A DNA stretch of 64,000 bases from an uncultured Spirochaetota bacterium. Its GTDB lineage: Bacteria > Spirochaetota > Brevinematia > Brevinematales > JAOACQ01. A program made the translations under genes and the position numbers. The notes beneath the pieces were generated by a model. It ran no database searches, was not told the origin of the DNA, and was given only the letters and a program-made list of their open reading frames with translations. This document shows, one piece after another, positions 1 through 10,887 of this stretch; positions within the stretch are counted from its first letter, which is position 1, and every line of letters starts with the position of its first letter. Location of the stretch: the NCBI GenBank assembly GCA_963783575.1, contig CAWAOD010000011.1:64001-128000 (forward strand). The letters are read 5' to 3'.

Positions 1-571
1 ACACATTTTGGGTATTATCCGGATAATTATCCGGGCTTGCTTCTGAAAATTCATTCTTTTGATCCGGGTGAATCCTAAAAGAACTATAATGAAGGACTTT
101 CTTATGGTCCGGGCAAATCAGTACTCCGGGAGTATTTTGGATCCGGTGCCAGTAATATTCCCCATGATTTAAAAGATCTTCCCTGCAACAATCCGGGCAG
201 AATTGAAAAAAGGGAAATATATGGACTGAACTTACCGTGATACCTGTTTTTATGTAGATATTCCCTCTATAGGGCTTTCCCATGGTTTTGTATACTGATT
301 TTGCTCTGATGGCAGGCAAAAAGGCTGTATAAAATGGATAAAGAGTATGGTTTATTATCAAATCTTTCTTTGTTAATTGATTGTAAAATGGTAAATTCCG
401 GACGAGATAATCAATATGGCAGGGCGGATCGACAGAAGCAATAAACCTTGGATTTCCAAACAATTCCCGGGTTGTTGTCCTGAAAAAGATATTTCCGCTT
501 CGGATATGAGCTCTCGCTACGATACTATATAACAACTCTCCTTTGTAAGGTTGTGGAAAATAACACAGCAT
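1..571 (-). CDS. tniQ: TniQ/TnsD-family target selector, 3'-partial (runs off the window; absent from the ORF track)
   Basis: Manual translation from ATG 571: MLCYFPQPYKGELLYSIVAR...HTLYPFY...FCPDCCREDL...GEYYWHRIQNTPGVLICPDH (TniQ N-terminus and zinc-finger motifs); directly after tnsC. Confidence 0.9.
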   Translation of the reverse strand, partial: MLCYFPQPYKGELLYSIVARAHIRSGNIFFRTTTRELFGNPRFIASVDPPCHIDYLVRNLPFYNQLTKKDLIINHTLYPFYTAFLPAIRAKSVYKTMGKPYRGNIYIKTGITVSSVHIFPFFQFCPDCCREDLLNHGEYYWHRIQNTPGVLICPDHKKVLHYSSFRIHPDQKNEFSEASPDNYPDNTQNV

Positions 572-574
572 ATC

Positions 575-2098
575 TCAGCCTGCTTTGATAAACTCTTTTA
601 CAGGATCTTTTATAAATCCAGCTTGTTTTAATGCTTCATAAGCACTTAACCCTTCTTTTTTTGCTTGCTTTATTATGATCCTTAGATCATTATTATCGAT
701 TTTAGGACTTTTATTTATAGGATTACTGTTGTCATAAGCTTTTATCTGTTTTTCTTTACTTGTTTTACAGTTCCTGTTTTTATTTATACTCCCTCTTGAT
801 TTGATATTGTCGGTTAAAATTATTTGTGATGCAGTACTGTTTATTCTATTTTCACACAGCTTATTTATATCCAGCGGAAGTAGATCTTCAAAATTGGAAA
901 TGGTCCTATAATCTCCTGATTTAATCGCTTTTAACATAGGTTCAAGAAAGCTAAGACTTTCCCTTGAAGCACTTCTGACAACACTTGGAGTAAGTTTTTC
1001 TTTGCCGGAAATAATCGCCTCGACCTGCGAAAGAATAAAAAGCTTTACTGTTACATCTACAATGCCTTGGCTTAATTCATAGAATAGATCAGACATTCCT
1101 TCAGTTAATGGTATAGAATCTTTGGACCATTGAAATTTCCAGAATCCTTTTAAAAGTAAATCCCACCATTCATTTTTCTTCATATTCTCCCAGATCACGC
1201 TTCCCTGTTGTCCGGTACTGCGCCTTGCCTGTCTGAACTCGCCCTGGAGTATTGGCAGCGCTTTATTTGTCCCAATCAATATAATAGGAACACCAATAGT
1301 ATTCACTAAATTGACAAAAAAATTCAGCATTTTCTCAGAACCCCTGCTTTTTGCCGCACTTAAGTGCTGGATTTCATCAATTACAAGAAGCCCAAGACTT
1401 TGTCTTTTTGCTAACTGTGCCATCCGGGGGATCATCAAATCAGTTGTTGTATTATGTCCTGAAGCGAATTTGTTATATGTATTTTCTCCAAGAAGTTCGT
1501 CAAACTGCATAAAAAAACTTGAACACAAACCTTTAATACTACCGTCAAGCGGGCATTCAAGCTTCATCCAGACCAATTGATAATGCTGTAAAGGCTGATC
1601 CTCATATAAATTGTGGACAATAACACGGGGATATAAAGCCAAAATCTTTTCAATTGCTCTTGACTTTCCCACACCTGAATAACCAATAATTGTAAATCCG
1701 GAAGCGGATGAAGGCGAAAGATTTACCCCTTCAAACCTGCTGTCCTTTTCCTTTAAGGCTTTATAAAGCTGATGCATATCGGCAGCATAAGCCGGTTTGA
1801 TCGGATTTCTGGATATGTATCCCTGCCGTATAGCAGATGATATTTTATTTTCTATTTTAAGATGAATATCCCAGGGTTGAAAGAAATTACACAGTCTCTT
1901 GACACATTCTAAACGGAAATGGGGTTCAAGCAATCTTTCAGATTCATTGAAATCTGGATAATACTGTAGATGCTTTACTGCTTCTTGAAAAGACATCATA
2001 GGTGGAAGGGCTTTTATCAGCGGATTAGAATTGAATTCAGGCAGAACCTGTTCAGTATATATCGCTTCTTCTGGTTCAAAGCGGGATTCATTATTCAT
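575..2098 (-). CDS. tnsC: TnsC-like AAA+ ATPase
   Basis: Walker A GYSGVGKS, Walker B LLVIDEIQHL, FRQARR arginine finger, NPLIKALPP N-terminus. Confidence 0.93.
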   Translation of the reverse strand: MNNESRFEPEEAIYTEQVLPEFNSNPLIKALPPMMSFQEAVKHLQYYPDFNESERLLEPHFRLECVKRLCNFFQPWDIHLKIENKISSAIRQGYISRNPIKPAYAADMHQLYKALKEKDSRFEGVNLSPSSASGFTIIGYSGVGKSRAIEKILALYPRVIVHNLYEDQPLQHYQLVWMKLECPLDGSIKGLCSSFFMQFDELLGENTYNKFASGHNTTTDLMIPRMAQLAKRQSLGLLVIDEIQHLSAAKSRGSEKMLNFFVNLVNTIGVPIILIGTNKALPILQGEFRQARRSTGQQGSVIWENMKKNEWWDLLLKGFWKFQWSKDSIPLTEGMSDLFYELSQGIVDVTVKLFILSQVEAIISGKEKLTPSVVRSASRESLSFLEPMLKAIKSGDYRTISNFEDLLPLDINKLCENRINSTASQIILTDNIKSRGSINKNRNCKTSKEKQIKAYDNSNPINKSPKIDNNDLRIIIKQAKKEGLSAYEALKQAGFIKDPVKEFIKAG

Positions 2099-4256
2099 TT
2101 TTCCTTTTTAAACCTTCTTCCTGCATTTTTCTTATATATTCAATATTGATAATATTCGTTGATGTATTATCCTCTTCCTCTATGCTGACATTATCAATGG
2201 AGTTCGGTTTTTTATCTTCTTTTCCCAGAATAAACGATTCTTTTTTTCTATTGACCAGTTTTTCATTTGCTCTGTTCTCTCTGATACCTCTTATGCGCGA
2301 AGCTTTACTGGCCTCTGGAAAAATATTTTTTTCTGTTTTCTTCTTTGATTTCTTTACAATATTCTCAAGTTCCGAAATCAGATCAACCTTTGACTGTATT
2401 ATTACACCTGCATTTTTCTGTCTGTTTAATTTTTCATACGCTTCCAGATAATCAAGTTCTTCAGCCGTTTTCCCAATAAACCCCTGGCCTTCAATTAGGT
2501 AACAGACATCATAATTCCGTCCGTCTTCTAACCTAGCATAAATACGGTCTAAAATCCTGGGATCATATGATATATCAATCTTCCAGCTTCCTCTGCTTCT
2601 TGCTTTTTCAAACCAGTGTTCTGAAATTGCCCTGTCACTTTTGTAATACCTTGTTTTAAATTTTATTCCCTTCTCTGTTACAGTTGCCGAAGCAGCAGGC
2701 ATTAAACTGAGCTTTACAATTTCATCTGGAGTTGACCGGAGGCTGCCGGACCTATGGATAATACCCCAGTTCCATATTTGAATTGGAATAGGATCAACAT
2801 TTCCTGCTGCTAATTCCTCATCCCTGCTATAACTATCCATCCAGTTATGATTATTATGATAAAGGACACAGCGTATTACCATTTCTGTAAACTCGCTGAT
2901 ATCCATCTTTGCGTCCAGTCGGTAATCCTGGCCGCCCCTTTCCCTGAAATCAGTGTCTATATATCCGGGCGCCAACGGTTTGACTTTTATATTAAGAGTC
3001 CTGAAATACTGTTCTACAATACCTTTCCAATCAGCCCTGTAAGGAGGGGTATTTTCTATTTTTACATGGAGGGTATTGATCAAGGTATCAATGTTTTTCC
3101 CTTCCATCTCGCCCCTGTCAGCCAGGATCGATTCCGGAATACCACTGCATGGCCAATCTTCTTCTGTAATATTAATTCCATAGTCCCTGCAGAACTCAAC
3201 CTTATCTGAAGCTGCGTTTGCAAGTGCCATCATCGCTCCAATCCATGATGGTCCTTCCAGGCCCACATAAATTCCTGCTACCATTCTCGAAAAAACATCA
3301 ATAATAACATAAATTACAGGGCGCCCTATTATCCATTCCCTGTTAATACTTGAAACCAAATAAATATCACCTACAGTCGCGTCTATTTGGTACTTAGCCC
3401 CTGGTCCCAGATTACCTTTATCGGATTTTCCCAATATTGCTCTGTGCTGAAGTTAATATTTTTTCGCTCCTAGTCTTGAAGACAATATTTTTTTAATATT
3501 CTGCTCTTTTTGAAACCAGTATTTAAATTGCGTAAATGACGGAATTTCTTTTATTGGGTACAATAGTGCCTTTTTTATGCCATTCTCCATTACGAATCCA
3601 TCGGTATAAAATTTCTTTACCATCATATGATAAGCGTCAACCAGGGAATTTTTTTTCGGGGTATTATAAAAATTACTTATAGCAACTCTAAAATTTCTCT
3701 TTGCAGCTTCATCAACATTTGTTCCATGGATGTTGAGATTTTGGGTCTTTCTGGGTCTTCCTATTTTCTTTTCGCCTAGAACTTTATCTTTTCCTTTTCC
3801 TCCGGATTTCCAATAATCCGGTAGAAGTGCATTTTTATTCTTTCCCCTCTGCCAGTACCTTCGAAGGTATTTATAAATATATTTTTTCTGGATACCATGT
3901 TCATTTTTTATTTCATTAATAATAGAGCCTCTTTTTTCACGGAAATATATTTCAGGTTCGTTTGACACTGCATTCTCAATTATTTTCCAGGATTTATCAC
4001 GGATAGTTTTTGATTTCGAATTGATTGATTCTTCTAATATTGCAATGGAAAATGGATCGTCCACAGTAATCTGAATCATTTTTTTCTCAATTTCTTCAAG
4101 TATAAAATCATGGTCTTTTATTTCGGGGAGGGCTTTATTGGATTGGATATCTATGGTAACAATTATACTATTGTCAACCCATAAAATTCTTTCAAAATTT
4201 ACTATGCCCTTTTCATTTATCAATTTTAAAATTTCATTCACTATAGGAATTTTCAT
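2091..4256 (-). pseudogene. tnsB: TnsB DDE transposase interrupted by one in-frame TAA at 3453-3455
   Basis: ORFs 3453-4256 and 2091-3434 share a frame (…GAKKY*LQHRAILGKS…); YQIDAT, LADRGE and KGIVEQYF motifs. Confidence 0.9.
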
Positions 4257-4264
4257 GCTAACCT

Positions 4265-5090
4265 CTAGTTTTGCTCAGAGATATCTAAATTCAAATTATT
4301 AAAATTTAAAATCATATTTTCAGCTTTTTGATTAAGTTCAAATTTTACATTCATATCAATGATTACTTGCTTAGATGCAATTAAGTGTTTGAAGATTTTA
4401 AGAAATGTTTAGATCAAGAGTATCCAAAATATTCTGGATAGTATCGGTTTTATGGAAAAGGTTTTGTTTTAGAATATGAATCATTTCACTTAAATTATCC
4501 TGGTCTTTATATCCCAGGTCAACAGGATTTCTGAAAAAATGAATCCTCTCGATATTTTCAGTAAGTTGTGAAGGTAAAAGTCCATCAGTGACAATTCCCC
4601 AATCGATTCCCTTTTCCTCCCAATAACACCTTTCAATCTCCAGATTTTCAATTTTTCTTGATCTGTTAAGATCCTCTGACAGTTTTACTGTTCTTACAAT
4701 ATTCATTACACTGCAGGAATCACGTACAGTTATCATAAAATCCGATGTTAGAATAACAGGGGTTTGACTCTGCCTGTTGATAGGATATTTGATATCTTTT
4801 TCCTTAGCTATTTCTTTAGTTCTATTCCTATCCAGCAACGGAAACTGTTCCCTTATATCGACAACACGATCGGACCATTCTAAAAGATAAAATAATTTTG
4901 TTTCCTGGTCGGACATAAAATGATGGGTTCTGCTGGTTTTCCATCCGAATACACGTGATACTCTACCGAGTGACGGGAAATCATGAATACTAATCCAGGG
5001 TTTATAATTTTTACCTTCTCCGCTCCCGTACCCTTTCTTTATTTTCTCAGCTATATTATTTTCACTGGGTATTGATCTTGTTTTTGCCAT
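4265..5090 (-). pseudogene. tnsA: TnsA endonuclease, frameshifted near 4400-4410
   Basis: GYGSGEGKNYKPW, DIREQFPL and TSDF motifs; the C-terminal FKHLIASKQVIIDM segment continues in another frame to TAG at 4265-4267. Confidence 0.85.
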
Positions 5091-5154
5091 CCTTCCGTCC
5101 TCTGTTATTCTTGATGCTATTTCATGATCGGATATACCCGGAGCAGAATATTAT

Positions 5155-5221
5155 AGTTTCCAACTTTTTTATCTAGTTTCCAACATTATTATTCAGTTTC
5201 CAACTATTTTATATTTCTACA
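5155..5221 (-). repeat. Tn7-like transposon end: three putative TnsB-binding repeats and terminal TGT
   Basis: AGTTTCCAAC at 5155, 5175 and 5195 (20-bp period); minus strand reads TGTAGAAATATAAAATAGTTGGAAACT. Confidence 0.88.
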
Positions 5222-6537
5222 GTACTCAATATAAGCAGCGCCAGCATTTCGACGTGCTGAGTCTGGGGAAACATATCTACAAGAACCAATTCTTTGAGTT
5301 GATATTTTTCCGAAAGCAAATGTATATCCCTTGCCATGGTTGAAGGCTTGCATGATGAATAGATGATCTTTTTGGGCTGCATTTTTAAGAGCACATCAAG
5401 ACATGCTTTGTCCATACCCCTTCGCGGCGGGTCGATTATCATAACATCCGCATAACCAAGTTCCGGAAGCTTTTCCTCGACCGCAGCCTGGATAAACCTC
5501 AAATTTGTGCCGATTTTATTTCTTATAACATTCTGTTGAGCGTCAAGAACCGAGCTTTTCGCTATCTCTACGCCAATAGTTTCCTTCGCAAAAAAGCTCA
5601 CAAAAAGTGTTATCAATCCTATTCCGCAATAAAGGTCAAAAATCCTTTCATGCCCGGCGGGATCAAGAAGACTTATTATTTTTTCGAGCCAGAGAGGGAT
5701 GACTCCATTATTCACCTGGAAGAAGCTATCTTTGGATATTTTAAACGAAATAGATTTCCCGGCGGCAGAAACCGTTTCGTAAACTTCACTGTCCCGGTAT
5801 CTATCGGTCAGAATCCAGTTTACTACCGTATCGCCCGAATCAGTTGTCCTTACCTTAAAATTATGCGGTGGAAAAACTGATTGTGATCTGATTAGGTTTA
5901 ATGCCTTGTTAATTTCGGGCATGGCTAAAAGGCATTCATTTATATCCACTATTGATTTGGAGTCTTTGCGGAAAAAACCGATATGCCTGCTTTTATTCCC
6001 GACTTTAAAAGTCTCGGTATTCCTGTAATTGTAAGGATTCGGGCTTTTTATCAGCCCGGTCAGGCCGTTAATTTCCATCTTACCGATTCTGCGGATGGTT
6101 TCAAGCACAGTCTGTTTTTTTAACTCGAGCTGTTTATCATAATCCAGCATCTGGTAATCGCAACCGCCGCAGATTGAGAAATAAGGGCATTTAGGTTTAA
6201 TTCTGCCGGGGGATGGTTCGATTATTTCCGCAGGCTCTGCCATGGCATAATCTTTTGTTTCTTTATAAATATTCGCTTTGACGGTTTCTCCGGGAATAAC
6301 ATATCTTACAAAAATAACCTTCTCATTTTCACGGGCGATACATGCCCCTTCGCCCGCATATTTTTCAATCTTAAGAATAGCTTCCCTTTTTACCGATTTG
6401 GTCCGGCGGGGATTTAAACCGTCAAATATGGTTTTATCATTATCCGGTCCGTTTATATTTGTTGATAAAGAGTCATTATTCATATCAACGGAATGAAATG
6501 ATTCATTTGGGGATTGTTTTTTTAGGCTGCTTTCCAT
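5209..6537 (-). CDS. rlmD: 23S rRNA (uracil-5)-methyltransferase RlmD/RumA family (start uncertain)
   Basis: TRAM-like N-terminus, CPYFSICGGC Fe-S motif, SFFQVN, DLYCGIG, DPPRRG, YSSC, DMFPQTQHVE. Confidence 0.92.
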   Translation of the reverse strand: MESSLKKQSPNESFHSVDMNNDSLSTNINGPDNDKTIFDGLNPRRTKSVKREAILKIEKYAGEGACIARENEKVIFVRYVIPGETVKANIYKETKDYAMAEPAEIIEPSPGRIKPKCPYFSICGGCDYQMLDYDKQLELKKQTVLETIRRIGKMEINGLTGLIKSPNPYNYRNTETFKVGNKSRHIGFFRKDSKSIVDINECLLAMPEINKALNLIRSQSVFPPHNFKVRTTDSGDTVVNWILTDRYRDSEVYETVSAAGKSISFKISKDSFFQVNNGVIPLWLEKIISLLDPAGHERIFDLYCGIGLITLFVSFFAKETIGVEIAKSSVLDAQQNVIRNKIGTNLRFIQAAVEEKLPELGYADVMIIDPPRRGMDKACLDVLLKMQPKKIIYSSCKPSTMARDIHLLSEKYQLKELVLVDMFPQTQHVEMLALLILSTVEI

Positions 6538-7777
6538 TTAAATTTATACCTTTCCTTTTTTCTTTTCTTTTTTTCGGTGAAATTTTAACGCGTTTCACCC
6601 TGATATTTGTGGCTGAAATTACCTCAAAAGTAAATCTGCCTTCATCGAAACTATCCCCGGCTTCAGGTATCCTGCCGAGTTTATAAAGCACAAATCCGGC
6701 AACTGTTTCAAAGTCAATCTTCTTTATGTGAAGTTTTAATTCATCATTGATTTCATCTATATTCAGCATTCCGTTAACCAGGTAGGCGTCGCCTTCCTTT
6801 TCGATCCAGTTTTCATGTATCTCAACAAATCCGCCGATGATCTCCGTTATAATATCCTGATTGGTAATGACCCCGGCAACACCGCCGTATTCATCGGCGA
6901 CAAAAGCCATCTGGACCATTTTATTCTGCATCCTGACAAGAACTTTATTGATCGTCATAAGGTCGGGCACAAAAACTGCTTCCTTTACATATTTGCCTAT
7001 TTTATCATGCTTATTTGCATCAAGCAGGTCTTTATTTTCAACAAAGCCGATCATATTATCGACCCTCATTCTGAAAACCGGGATCCTGGAATGCCTTGTA
7101 GTAAGCATAAGAGCCGAAGCCAGCTCAACGGAATCATTTTCTTCAACGCAGGTCATCCGGATAAGCGGAACCATTATTTCCTTCGCCTTGATATTCTTAA
7201 AATTCATTATACTTTCGATGAATTTCTTCTCATTTTCTTTCAAAATACCTTTATCAGCGGTCATATCGAGGAGAATATTGAAATCCTCTTTAGTATAAAG
7301 GCTCTTTTTCTTTTTTATACCAAGAACCCACAAAATTGACTTAACAATCCTCACGAATATTATCTGGACCGGGTACAGCAAAATATAAATGACCCGGTAA
7401 AAAGATGCCAGTGGAAACATCAGTTCATCGGCGAATTCCCTGAATATGACTTTAGGAATCAAAGTCGCTATGATCAATATTACCGGAGTAAGTATAAGGG
7501 TAGCGTAAAGCGGTATCAGCGGACTCGGTCCAAGGATTCCGGAAAGGAATTTTGTAAAATTGACTACTATCGCCACCTCAAAAACACTGGTTCCAATTAT
7601 AAAAGTACCGATCACATTCTCGGAATTCTTTAATAATTTTTCCAGGATTCTCGCTCTTTTATCCTTAAGCTCCAATCTTGAGTGCAGCTTAATGCGGCTT
7701 ATTGAAATAAAAGCCGTTTCACTGCCGTTGAAAAATGCGGCTAGAAGGATAAAGAGACATACATATAATAATTCCAT
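6503..7777 (-). CDS. HlyC/CorC (CNNM-CBS-CorC) family membrane protein
   Basis: AFFNGSETAF, EIMVP, HSRIPV, DEYGGVAG, FETVAG; start set at MELLYV. Confidence 0.88.
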   Translation of the reverse strand: MELLYVCLFILLAAFFNGSETAFISISRIKLHSRLELKDKRARILEKLLKNSENVIGTFIIGTSVFEVAIVVNFTKFLSGILGPSPLIPLYATLILTPVILIIATLIPKVIFREFADELMFPLASFYRVIYILLYPVQIIFVRIVKSILWVLGIKKKKSLYTKEDFNILLDMTADKGILKENEKKFIESIMNFKNIKAKEIMVPLIRMTCVEENDSVELASALMLTTRHSRIPVFRMRVDNMIGFVENKDLLDANKHDKIGKYVKEAVFVPDLMTINKVLVRMQNKMVQMAFVADEYGGVAGVITNQDIITEIIGGFVEIHENWIEKEGDAYLVNGMLNIDEINDELKLHIKKIDFETVAGFVLYKLGRIPEAGDSFDEGRFTFEVISATNIRVKRVKISPKKRKEKRKGINLNGKQPKKTIPK

Positions 7778-7785
7778 TCCCTCTC

Positions 7786-9018
7786 CTACTTCTCTATCAC
7801 TGTAAACCATTCAATGTGCATTTCACTTCTGTCTTTTATTATAATCCTGTATTTCTCGGTATCAAAGGTATACCCGCTTTCCGGGATATCGCCGGCCAGT
7901 TCTATCATATAACCGGCAAGGGTTTCATAATCACTGCTCGATAAGCCGCATTCAAAAAAGCCGTTGAAATCGTCAAGGCTAATATCGCCGCTTACCAGGA
8001 AGCGCTTTTTCCCCGTACGGATGATCTTCCGCTCCATTTTGAAGCTTTCGTCCATAATCTCGCCGACAATTTCGCCCAGGACATCCGCTATAGTAACAAT
8101 TCCAAGGCTGCTCCCGTATTCATCAACAACCGCTGCAATGCCGAGCTTTTTCTTAAGAAAGTCCTCCAGCATTTCGGAAAGTTTTTTTGTCTCCGGTACA
8201 AAATATATCTGTTCCTGAATATCAGAGACTTTCATCCCTTTATCCTTTTCGGGATTATGAACAAACTGAAAAATAGCCCTCAAATTGACAACGCCGGTAA
8301 TATTATCATCGGTTCCGGAATAAACCGGGATTTTGGTAAGCCTTGTCCTTTTGAAAAGACGGATTAAATCTTTAACAGGTTTATCTTTTTCGATTGAAAT
8401 GACTTTTGTGCGCGGCGTCATTATATTCCAGACTTCACGGCCGGCAAAGTTAAGCACGCTCTCAATAAGTTCTTTTTCATCCTTCTCAAATATGCCTTCC
8501 CTGGAAACAATGTTCATAAGCGCTGAAATATGGCCGCTGTCGATCTCATTCTCATCTTTTTTAATATGGCTGATCAAATTAATAATCCGGCTGACCAGGG
8601 AGTCTATAAGAACAGATAAGGGCTTAACAAGTTTAAATACAGGCATTAATAACCTTGAATTAAACCTTGAAACCGGTTCTATCCTTAGTATGGCGATGGT
8701 TTTCGGGGATATTTCACTAAAAAACAGCAGAATCGCCGTAACAATTACAATTGACAATAATGCATGAGAAATGCCGAGCCTTTCGCTCAGAAGCGATGAA
8801 ACTGCTGTATTTGCCGCGGTATTTCCCAGTAATACCGTGATCAGCAGCAATGATGTTCTCTTTAAAAGAAATTTGATCCGGCTTCTGGCGTTTTTGCTTT
8901 TCATTTTTTTAAGCCTGATCTCGTCCATGGCAAAAAGAGCCGTTTCCGATGAGGAAAAGAAAGCGGAAAGCAGCAATAAAAATATTATTATAATGAGATT
9001 CAACCAATGGTATTCCAT
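7786..9018 (-). CDS. HlyC/CorC (CNNM-CBS-CorC) family membrane protein
   Basis: SAFFSSSETAL, EISPK, IMTPR, VVDEYG, YETLAG. Confidence 0.9.
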   Translation of the reverse strand: MEYHWLNLIIIIFLLLLSAFFSSSETALFAMDEIRLKKMKSKNARSRIKFLLKRTSLLLITVLLGNTAANTAVSSLLSERLGISHALLSIVIVTAILLFFSEISPKTIAILRIEPVSRFNSRLLMPVFKLVKPLSVLIDSLVSRIINLISHIKKDENEIDSGHISALMNIVSREGIFEKDEKELIESVLNFAGREVWNIMTPRTKVISIEKDKPVKDLIRLFKRTRLTKIPVYSGTDDNITGVVNLRAIFQFVHNPEKDKGMKVSDIQEQIYFVPETKKLSEMLEDFLKKKLGIAAVVDEYGSSLGIVTIADVLGEIVGEIMDESFKMERKIIRTGKKRFLVSGDISLDDFNGFFECGLSSSDYETLAGYMIELAGDIPESGYTFDTEKYRIIIKDRSEMHIEWFTVIEK

Positions 9019-9037
9019 TAATTAAACCGCCTCCCGG

Positions 9038-10136
9038 TTATTCCAGAGCTTTTATAACCTTATCCGCTACAAATTCTACCTGATCATCGGTTAAAAAAGG
9101 ATGCATAGGCAGACTTATAATTTCCTGGGCTACAGCTTCCGATACCGGAAAATCCCCTTTTTTATAACCAAGATATGAGTATGCTTCCTGAAGATGTATC
9201 GGCACCGGATAATGGATCGCTGTAGGCACGCCGTCTGATTTTAATTTCTGCGCCGCGGCATCCCTGTTTTTAATCCGCACCGAATACTGGGCAAATACGC
9301 TCCGGCCGGTGTAGCTTTCTAAGTAAGGAGCCTTAACATTCGTGCCTTTAAATAATGCGTTGTACTTTTTTCCGATTTCAAACCTTTTTTCGGCCTCATT
9401 TTCAAAATGGGCGAATTTTGCCAGCATTACACCCGCCTGAATGGAATCAAGCCGGAAGTTTAGCCCGATATATTTATGGACATAACTTTTTGTCTGGCCA
9501 TGATTCATAATGCACCGCATTTTTTCAGCAAGCCCTGCGTTGTTTGTAAAGATCATACCACCGTCACCGTAACATCCGAGGGGTTTTGAGGGATAAAAGG
9601 AAGCCGTGCCAACATCGGAGAGACCGGCATGATTTTTTGCCTTTATAAACAGCACCGAAAGACTGCGCTCCGTCTTCAATCACAAACAGGCCATGTTTCC
9701 TGGCGATTTTGTTGATCTCATCCATATCGGGTGTTTGTCCGTATAATGAAACCGGTATAATGCCTTTTGTTTTTTTCGTGATTTTCTTCTCAATCTGACC
9801 TATATCGATATTGTAATTTCTCTCATCAATATCAACAAAAACAGGCGTTGCTCCTATAAAAGCTATAACTTCAGCTGTGGCGACGAATGTAAAAGGCGTG
9901 GTGATAATCTCATCCCCGGGCTTCACTCCGTAAGCAAGAAGAGGAATGATAAGCGCGTCCGTGCCGGATCCGGCGCCGATTGCATAATTGGTTCCGACAT
10001 ATTGCGAGAGTTTTTCTTCAAGTTCCTTAACATCTTTTCCAAGGATAAAAGTGGCGTTTGACATATTTTCAAAAACCTTTTTGTCGATTTCTTCCTTATA
10101 AAGTTTATACTGCTGTTTCAGATCAATAAAATCCAT
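9038..10136 (-). CDS. DegT/DnrJ/EryC1/StrS PLP aminotransferase, one frameshift near 9627 (sequencing error or pseudogene)
   Basis: SGTDAL…IEDGAQSFGA in ORF 9564-10163 continues as SFYPSKPLGCYGDGG in ORF 9038-9679. Confidence 0.88.
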
Positions 10137-10297
10137 ATTTTCTCCTTGCTTTTTATTCATCAAACATATTATTAAAAAACTTTGTTTTAATGATATTTTT
10201 GAACTGCCTAAATATTATAAATTAAAATGCCATAATTGACAATTTAGCTGTAAATTGTAATAATGTAAGCATAGAAGCATTTTCCGCCAAATGCCGG

Positions 10298-10867
10298 TTA
10301 TTTTTTTTCAACCAGATAGTCAAGCTCAATTACTCCTGATTTAAAAGTCCTGGATTTTACAAGTTTCAGATTCAGCCTCTCATTGATGTCTTTAAACAAT
10401 GGATTTCCTCCACCGATAATAACGGGATGAATGAAAATCCTGATTTCATCGATCAGGCCAAGTCCGAAAAAAGCCGATGCGATTCCGGCTCCGCCGAGCA
10501 TTAGGTCGCCGCCCGGCTGTTCTTTAAGTTTTGTTATCTCTTCCGCAATATTCTCCCTGATGATTCTTGTATTTGCTGCGGCTTTTTCGAGCGTCCTTGA
10601 AAAAACGATTTTGGGCATATCCTTCCAGATACGTGCAAAATCGATGACGTAATCCGGGTTCGCCGAATCAAAACCGGCAACCGGCCAGTAGCCTGCCATT
10701 GCCTCATAGACTCTCCGCCCGTAAAGGAAGGCTCCCGCCTCACTCAGACGGCCGTTAATGTACCGGTGGTATTCCCCGTCAATGACAGCCCAGTCGAGAT
10801 TTCTGCCAGGTCCTTCGATAAAACCGTCGAGCGTCACATTCATGCCATAAATGACTTTTCTTGCCAT
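10298..10867 (-). CDS. Dihydrofolate reductase-like (RibD_C) protein
   Basis: TLDGFI, LYGRRVYE, KIVFSRTL, GLIDE…HPVIIGGG. Confidence 0.88.
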   Translation of the reverse strand: MARKVIYGMNVTLDGFIEGPGRNLDWAVIDGEYHRYINGRLSEAGAFLYGRRVYEAMAGYWPVAGFDSANPDYVIDFARIWKDMPKIVFSRTLEKAAANTRIIRENIAEEITKLKEQPGGDLMLGGAGIASAFFGLGLIDEIRIFIHPVIIGGGNPLFKDINERLNLKLVKSRTFKSGVIELDYLVEKK

Positions 10868-10887
10868 TTGATTTTCCCCTGGAAATT

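Larger units (their letters stand above)
1..5221 (-). mobile_element. Tn7-like transposon, tnsA-proximal part (other end beyond the left edge of the window)
   Basis: tnsA-tnsB-tnsC-tniQ gene order; terminal TGT at 5221-5219 (minus strand) followed by three repeats. Confidence 0.93.

Noticed and set aside
5155..5204. Three equally spaced repeats as a mini CRISPR array
   Set aside because: 10-bp cores at a 20-bp period next to a TGT terminus fit TnsB-binding sites; too short for repeat-spacer units.
9038..10136. Programmed frameshifting in the DegT gene (and in ctaB)
   Set aside because: Single-base indels in or near short runs, in a window with many indels, point to sequencing error or decay.
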